DNA of 64,000 nucleotides from NCBI GenBank assembly GCA_024275095.1, contig JAJRZV010000025.1:599-64598 (forward strand), read 5' to 3'. Source of the stretch: a bacterium (lineage in GTDB: Bacteria; JAJRZV01). Positions 58,682 through 64,000 of this stretch are shown here, piece by piece. Within the stretch, counting starts at the first letter, position 1; each line of letters begins with the position of its first letter. A model generated the notes under the pieces. It saw only the letters and a list, made by a program, of their open reading frames with translations, was not told where the DNA came from and searched no databases. A program made the translations under genes and the position numbers.

Positions 58682-59479
58682 ATGTTCAAACTTAAATTTC
58701 TGGGTACAGGCGGCGCCCGCTTCGTTGTGATGAGACAGCTCCGCCACAGCGGAGGTCTTTACCTGATCACGGATAAGTTGAGAATACACATAGACCCCGG
58801 CCCTGGTGCACTGGTGAGGATGCTGTCTTCACGCCCCAAGCTCGATCCCACAAAAACGGACGCTGTCATCCTTACACACAAACATCTTGACCACTCCAAT
58901 GACGTGAACATTATTCTTGAAGCCCTTACGCAGGGAGGATTTTACAAACGTGGTACCCTCATGGCTCCCAGGGATGCCTTGGAGGGTGACCCGCCTGTTC
59001 TTCAATTTGTACGCCAGTACATTGCTGAAGTTCTTACGCTTGAGAAGGGGTTGTGCTGGGAAAGAGAAGGGATTGAAGTGATGTGCCCTCTTGAACTGCG
59101 ACACGGAGTGGAGAACTACGCAGTCCGGGTAAAGTATAACGGTCTGGAGATGACGCTTGTTTCTGACACCGTGTTTTTTGAAGACCTGGTGGACATCTCC
59201 AGGACTGATTGCCTTGTTGTCAACGTGCTGCTCACCGAGCCCCGTCAGGGCATTATGCACCTGTGCGTGGATGACCTGCGTCGTCTCTTAACGGGCGCCC
59301 GTCAACGCGTGGCCATCATGACGCACTTCGGCATGCGCATGATCCAGGCAAAACCCTGGGTCATTGCAGAAAAACTTTCGGATGAAACAGGCGTGCGCGT
59401 GGTGGCTGCACGGGATGGGATGGAGTTTGACATTGTCGCTGAACTGAGTGGGTCAGGTCGCGAGAAAGTGGAAGCGTGA
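58682..59479 (+). CDS. Metallo-beta-lactamase-fold hydrolase
   Basis: ILTHKHLDHSND (HxHxDH metal-binding motif). Confidence 0.7.
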   Translation: MFKLKFLGTGGARFVVMRQLRHSGGLYLITDKLRIHIDPGPGALVRMLSSRPKLDPTKTDAVILTHKHLDHSNDVNIILEALTQGGFYKRGTLMAPRDALEGDPPVLQFVRQYIAEVLTLEKGLCWEREGIEVMCPLELRHGVENYAVRVKYNGLEMTLVSDTVFFEDLVDISRTDCLVVNVLLTEPRQGIMHLCVDDLRRLLTGARQRVAIMTHFGMRMIQAKPWVIAEKLSDETGVRVVAARDGMEFDIVAELSGSGREKVEA

Positions 59480-59559
59480 AAATTTTGTGTTCAGATGAGA
59501 AGACTTTCCCTTTTGCTTCAGAGTAATATATTCGGCATTAACCTTTCAGACAGGGGGAA

Positions 59560-61194
59560 ATGTTGATGGTGGAGAAGAAATGGTGTGATGAATTTTCGCA
59601 GTGGGCTGCATCTTTTTCCTTGGAAGATGTGCCCCAACCAGTTCGTACAAAAGCGAAGATCCAGGTGGCAAATACCATAGCTGCTGCCTTTGGTGGGTGG
59701 TCTGCTGATGGTAGAGTTATGTTGGCTCCCATGAAAGAACGTGGCGGAAAAGGAGAGGCTACAGCGCTGGGACTGGGTGAAGTGGACCTTTTTACCGCGT
59801 ATTACATCAATGCTTCGCTGAGCATGTGGCATGACTATGACGATTACGTGTTCATGGGTCACACAGGTCACAGCGCCGTGTTTGCGGCCCTTGCTGCCGC
59901 TGAGGTTGCAGGAGCTTCAGGTACCGATTTTCTCCGGGGCGTGATTGCAGCTACGGAGCTGGGTGGACGGCTGGGTGCGTCCGTGCTCGTGGGACCGCAT
60001 AACGGGCAGATGTGGGCTCATATCCACGCGGCGGAGGCGGCTGCAGCAGCGTGTACCGTGTGGGGTGTGCCCTCTCAACAAACTGCAGAGGCCTTGAAGC
60101 TGGCGCTTTACGCGCCACCTTTTGTCTTGGAACCGGGTTTTATGGGTGGGGACGGCAAAAAGACAACAGCAGCAGCCTCGGGCGAAGCGGGATTGCGCGC
60201 TGCACTTTTTGCTACAGGCGGAGCGTCGGTTAAAACGGATGTCTTCAGCGGGCCCAAGGGCTTTTTTCAGAGGTTTTCATTTCTTCCCCTTACAGCGTTT
60301 CTTTCTGCGTTTGGCGAGACATGGGTGCTGGAGACGCTGTCTGTGAAACCCTATCCAGGGTGCGCATACATTCAGGCGCCTGTAGAGTGCCTTGAGGCTG
60401 TTGTAGAAGAGGTAAGCGGTAGTGGTAAAGAATTCAGTGCTTCTGAGATCAAGCGTATCCGTGTAAATGCGTCTTTGCTTACAGTGGGAATGGAAAAGAT
60501 GTCCGAGCCGTATCGCAATCCGGGTGCGCTGGCACCTGTGAACGTGAACTTCTCTGTTCCTCTGAGTTTGGGTCTTTATATTCTCTGGGATGGGTTGAAG
60601 ACGCGGCAGCTCACTCATGCAAATCTTGTTGCAGATGCAGAAAAACTTTTTGAAATCGCTGACAGAGTCACCCTGGACCACGACTGGAGGTTTACTTTTG
60701 AACTTGCCAGAGGATTGCGCGGCGGCATTAATCTTTTTCCCCTTCTTCGTTCGAAAGGATTGTTTCGCCTCGCACGTGCATTTCGTCGCTTCAGAAAGGA
60801 ACAGTCGCGCATCTCCACACCACGAGAACTCTGGCGTTTGTTGTCCAGCGGTCACCTCTCACGCCTGCGTGAATTTGGTGGTTCTTTTTCCAGAAAAAAG
60901 CACTTCCAATTCTCTCAAACACATCTCAAAGCCCTCGCTTTTAACTTTGGTGCGCGCGTGGAGGTGGAACTGAAGTCCGGCTCCAGGTGGGGAGCGGAAC
61001 GCGTCAGGCACAAGGGTGCGGCAGGTTGTTCTATTGATGAACTTATGGATGTTCTCGAAACAAAGTTTTTACGTGAAGCAGAGCACTTTACAGGCTCTGC
61101 GGGAAAAGCCGGGGAGTTGTACACGCTTTTAATGGATATCGAACAGACGGATATAAAAGCAATAAAGCCTTATCTGCTGCCGCCGGTTTCGTGA
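59560..61194 (+). CDS. MmgE/PrpD-family protein (2-methylcitrate dehydratase superfamily)
   Basis: N-terminal helical domain typical of MmgE/PrpD (WCDEFSQWAASFSLEDVPQPVRTKAKIQVANTIAAAFGG) and a ~540-aa length. Confidence 0.75.
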   Translation: MLMVEKKWCDEFSQWAASFSLEDVPQPVRTKAKIQVANTIAAAFGGWSADGRVMLAPMKERGGKGEATALGLGEVDLFTAYYINASLSMWHDYDDYVFMGHTGHSAVFAALAAAEVAGASGTDFLRGVIAATELGGRLGASVLVGPHNGQMWAHIHAAEAAAAACTVWGVPSQQTAEALKLALYAPPFVLEPGFMGGDGKKTTAAASGEAGLRAALFATGGASVKTDVFSGPKGFFQRFSFLPLTAFLSAFGETWVLETLSVKPYPGCAYIQAPVECLEAVVEEVSGSGKEFSASEIKRIRVNASLLTVGMEKMSEPYRNPGALAPVNVNFSVPLSLGLYILWDGLKTRQLTHANLVADAEKLFEIADRVTLDHDWRFTFELARGLRGGINLFPLLRSKGLFRLARAFRRFRKEQSRISTPRELWRLLSSGHLSRLREFGGSFSRKKHFQFSQTHLKALAFNFGARVEVELKSGSRWGAERVRHKGAAGCSIDELMDVLETKFLREAEHFTGSAGKAGELYTLLMDIEQTDIKAIKPYLLPPVS

Positions 61195-61205
61195 ACGAGT
61201 ATGGT

Positions 61206-63971
61206 TCAGCGAGTTCCCGTTTCAATGACATCCATTCCCCTGAGTCCCATGGGTACAAGCAGTTTGTTCTCCGCTATTGCCACCCGCGTTGGGGGGGACG
61301 TTGTGGTAAAGAAGATGTGATTGTCAGGCGAGAGGTTTTTTGCATTGAGTACCACCCCCTTGAAAAGGAACCCCTGGCTCTCAATGTAACCTTCAAGATA
61401 GTACCTGTTGTTTCTTACAGCTACAGGGTCAATAAAAGTAGTCAGTCCATCCATAACAACGTAGTCTCCTGTCACGGTGACGGTGATAAAGGAGGAGTAC
61501 CAGTATCCAGGATAAAGTGACAACCCGAGAGGTATTACAGTATGTGTGAATGCTTCCGGAGAAGTGGAGGTCAATGCATGAGAATAAACGGTTAATGTTT
61601 GTTTCCCGGTATCGAGATAGGTTCGAACCCAGTGCGTTGATGTTCTTATCACACAATCTAACATGCTTGTCTCGCTATCAGATGCAGGCAAGGAATACAG
61701 AAGGGAAGGAGGAGTCGTGGTGGTGTCGTAAACACTGAGCGTGTTGTTGTTTATCACCAGTATCCGTCCATCACCGAGGTATTCCACCAGCGTGCCTTCG
61801 ATATTTGTCCATTCAAACACGGGTGCTGTGATGTTGTCCATTTTCAAGGTGGCGAAGTAGGGTTTGATCACAGCGGTGTAGGTGTCTGCATAGTATGTTT
61901 GTTCGTAAATCCCCATATAGAACAACTGTTCGGACGCATCCCACCTCATGAGAGGCCGGGAGTAGGTGACGATGTAAGGGTAACTGTTCCAGATGGATTT
62001 AAGAACAAGATACCCCTTCACGAGATCAGGAGTGGTAACGTTGAAGACCAGAATGCCTTCCTGCGTGGTCATTTCATCATAAGTAAACCTGTCCTGCCGC
62101 ACGGGTACCATGAGATAATTGTTTGCATATCCAACGCTGTTCGGGAGAGGATTGACATTTTCCACTGACTGGCACCCTGTTACCAGTGCTCCTCCTGATG
62201 CGTGAATTTCAATCCTGAACAGGCTGAGCGTGTCGTATGTCCCGGTGAGCACACTCAGCACGTTGGGTGATATTTCTTTTGCCCATACAACGGGCCATCG
62301 CGACATGATGCGCAGTACCGGCTGAAAATGCTCTTCGCCCGTGCGTACTACTTCGTACTGGTAATAAGCGAGCCCTGAAGGGGGATACCACCAGCCCCAC
62401 CAGGGATTGCCACCTTCGTCCACCTGCATGATAATGTAATTGCCTGTTGCTATTACGTCCCGCACTGCCCGTATGAGCCGAAGTTCCGCCATGGACACGG
62501 GGTTGTCACGATTTGATAAATCTATTGCCTGGACTGAACGCCGGGATACGCTCAGAAACACGTTGTCCTGATAAGGTAGTATCCTCTGCACAATTCCGTG
62601 TTGCGCAACTTTTCCCCTTTCGACCAGGCGGTCTTCGTACAGGTCCACAAACTGAACATAACTGGTCAGCGGAAGCCACCATCTTCTTTCCGTATAAGGA
62701 AAAGCAATAAGGTTTTCCTCAGGCACCACAGTAAATGCTCTGTAGTCGTTGTATGCTTCACTGGCAGAATAATCACCGAACAGGAGCCTTGAGAGGAGTT
62801 TTGGATTTGATAAGTCCGAGACGTCGTACAGGGAAAGAGCTGTCCGGGCATTTTGGGGACCCAGCCCCAGAAGCAGGTCCCCCATCGGATAAAGCTGTTC
62901 AGACCATCCGAGAACTTCTAACTCTCCCAGCACCTGCAGGTTTTCCGGGTCCGAAAAGTCAACGACAATCAGGGGGTCCATTCGTATGAACGTAATGGCG
63001 TATCCTGTACGGCCCTGGAAGGCGCTGGCATAGAGCCTTTCGTTTTTGAGCGTTACGGACTGGAGCAATTTCCCGTTCTTCAGCGAAATGGTGTGCGCGT
63101 AAGCTTTATTCCATGTGGAAGAAAAGATCATGACCACATCCCCGTCAATCGCCATGCGGTGCTCGTCGTCCAGGTATCCAGGAATGGTCTCTACCCCGAT
63201 TTCACGCAATGTCCCGTCCGGCTTAATGAGATAGGTGTAAATGGTGGAAATAGAGCTGTAGTTGTCATCCATGCCGGGTACAGCAAGGGCCGCGTATTCT
63301 CCGTTTACGACCATGCGGGTGAATACCAGGTTGGGCTCCAGGTATTCTCTGGCGCTGACTTCTACTGTGGAGCGGGCCTCGAGAGTGCCGTCAGGGCGAA
63401 GGACAAATGTGCTGAGATAAGCCCGTGACGTATCTGTGGAAAGAGCGATGAGCACGGCATTTCGGGTTTTCAGCTGCACCAGCTCTCCCGGAACCCTTTT
63501 CTCTGTAATAATGCCGGCATCATCCGGGCTTTTTACATCCCACACCTGAACACTGCTTTCTATATCACTTTCCCGGTCAGAATTGCGGTATACATTTGCA
63601 TATCCCGCCACTCCCAGTACGAGAAACCGCCCCTGAATGACCATTCCCACAGGATAACCGTTCACAGGCAGGATGTGTTCTACGTAGGGGTCTTCAGGCT
63701 GCGAAACATCTGAAATGACCACTCCCAGGTACCTGTTCAGGTTGAAGAGGTAATTATCTTTAAAAGCCACAATATCTGGTTCTTTGTCAAAGGAGACAGC
63801 TTCTTCACCTCCCTGAGCCGGCTGGGATGCCTCGTAAAATGCCATGTTCCCCGGCTCAAAGAGTACTATGACAGGCCATCCATTGCAGTAGTTATAGTAC
63901 CTGATGTCGTTCCGGTTGTATTGAAAAGACGAGTCACGAACATAAATGTTCGAGATTTTTTGAAAATTCAC
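61206..63971 (-). CDS. Very large hypothetical protein, probably a beta-propeller/beta-rich secreted protein; N-terminus may lie beyond the window end
   Basis: Continuous ORF of >921 aa, Tyr/Val/Thr/Gly-rich with repeated beta-strand-like segments. The frame stays open to nt 64000 upstream of the listed GTG start. Confidence 0.45.
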   Translation of the reverse strand: MNFQKISNIYVRDSSFQYNRNDIRYYNYCNGWPVIVLFEPGNMAFYEASQPAQGGEEAVSFDKEPDIVAFKDNYLFNLNRYLGVVISDVSQPEDPYVEHILPVNGYPVGMVIQGRFLVLGVAGYANVYRNSDRESDIESSVQVWDVKSPDDAGIITEKRVPGELVQLKTRNAVLIALSTDTSRAYLSTFVLRPDGTLEARSTVEVSAREYLEPNLVFTRMVVNGEYAALAVPGMDDNYSSISTIYTYLIKPDGTLREIGVETIPGYLDDEHRMAIDGDVVMIFSSTWNKAYAHTISLKNGKLLQSVTLKNERLYASAFQGRTGYAITFIRMDPLIVVDFSDPENLQVLGELEVLGWSEQLYPMGDLLLGLGPQNARTALSLYDVSDLSNPKLLSRLLFGDYSASEAYNDYRAFTVVPEENLIAFPYTERRWWLPLTSYVQFVDLYEDRLVERGKVAQHGIVQRILPYQDNVFLSVSRRSVQAIDLSNRDNPVSMAELRLIRAVRDVIATGNYIIMQVDEGGNPWWGWWYPPSGLAYYQYEVVRTGEEHFQPVLRIMSRWPVVWAKEISPNVLSVLTGTYDTLSLFRIEIHASGGALVTGCQSVENVNPLPNSVGYANNYLMVPVRQDRFTYDEMTTQEGILVFNVTTPDLVKGYLVLKSIWNSYPYIVTYSRPLMRWDASEQLFYMGIYEQTYYADTYTAVIKPYFATLKMDNITAPVFEWTNIEGTLVEYLGDGRILVINNNTLSVYDTTTTPPSLLYSLPASDSETSMLDCVIRTSTHWVRTYLDTGKQTLTVYSHALTSTSPEAFTHTVIPLGLSLYPGYWYSSFITVTVTGDYVVMDGLTTFIDPVAVRNNRYYLEGYIESQGFLFKGVVLNAKNLSPDNHIFFTTTSPPTRVAIAENKLLVPMGLRGMDVIETGTR

Positions 63972-64000
63972 CTGGGTAATTGTGTTGGGACATGATGTGA

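Noticed and set aside
1-64000. Possibility of stop-codon reassignment (TAA/TAG read as Glu)
   Set aside because: TAA, TAG and TGA all terminate many conserved genes at the expected lengths (e.g. ftsE and ftsX end in TGA, envC and ctpA in TAA). The three internal stops are better explained by substitutions or errors.

Overview
This 64-kb window looks like a bacterial chromosomal segment from a diderm (Gram-negative-type) organism. The evidence for that is the TamA/TamB, TonB, ExeA/MshM-like and lipoprotein genes. Host G+C is roughly 40-48% by eye, and K/E/I-rich proteins suggest a moderately thermophilic lifestyle (inference). Most of the window is ordinary housekeeping:
- a ftsE-ftsX-envC-ctpA operon;
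- split transketolase tktA/tktB;
- tamA/tamB;
- rho;
- metK-ahcY;
- a PTS-Ntr/HPr-kinase cluster (hpf-ptsN-hprK-rapZ-EIIA-ptsH-ptsI);
- recN, nadK, rarA, efp-pfkA;
- two tRNAs (Gly-CCC, Asp-GTC);
- a fluoride riboswitch controlling crcB plus a DUF190 gene.

The most unusual region is the first ~2.9 kb, whose G+C is clearly higher (up to ~68% in 60-nt stretches). It carries three start/stop-overlapping genes: an SRA(YDG)-HNH type IV (modified-cytosine-dependent) endonuclease, a catalytic-domain-only MutY/Mig-like [4Fe-4S] HhH-GPD glycosylase, and a DUF4236 N-terminal domain fused to TPR-like repeats. A decayed Pif1/RecD-like helicase fragment and AT-rich junk follow it. I read this as a horizontally acquired candidate DNA-modification-sensing defence (or repair) module.

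Other points of note:
- A five-gene cluster of three PilZ-domain proteins with a metallophosphoesterase and a pentapeptide-repeat protein, next to a ComEC-like membrane protein.
- Three conserved genes (FkbM methyltransferase, a TPR protein, efp) each carry a single in-frame stop at a position where homologues have Glu. All three are consistent with GAA/GAG->TAA/TAG (G->T) changes.
- A triple-frame ORF chain with a G6 homopolymer suggests frameshifts.
- Several strong palindromic candidate operator sites.

Coordinates of non-ORF features were indexed by hand and may be off by 1-2 nt.
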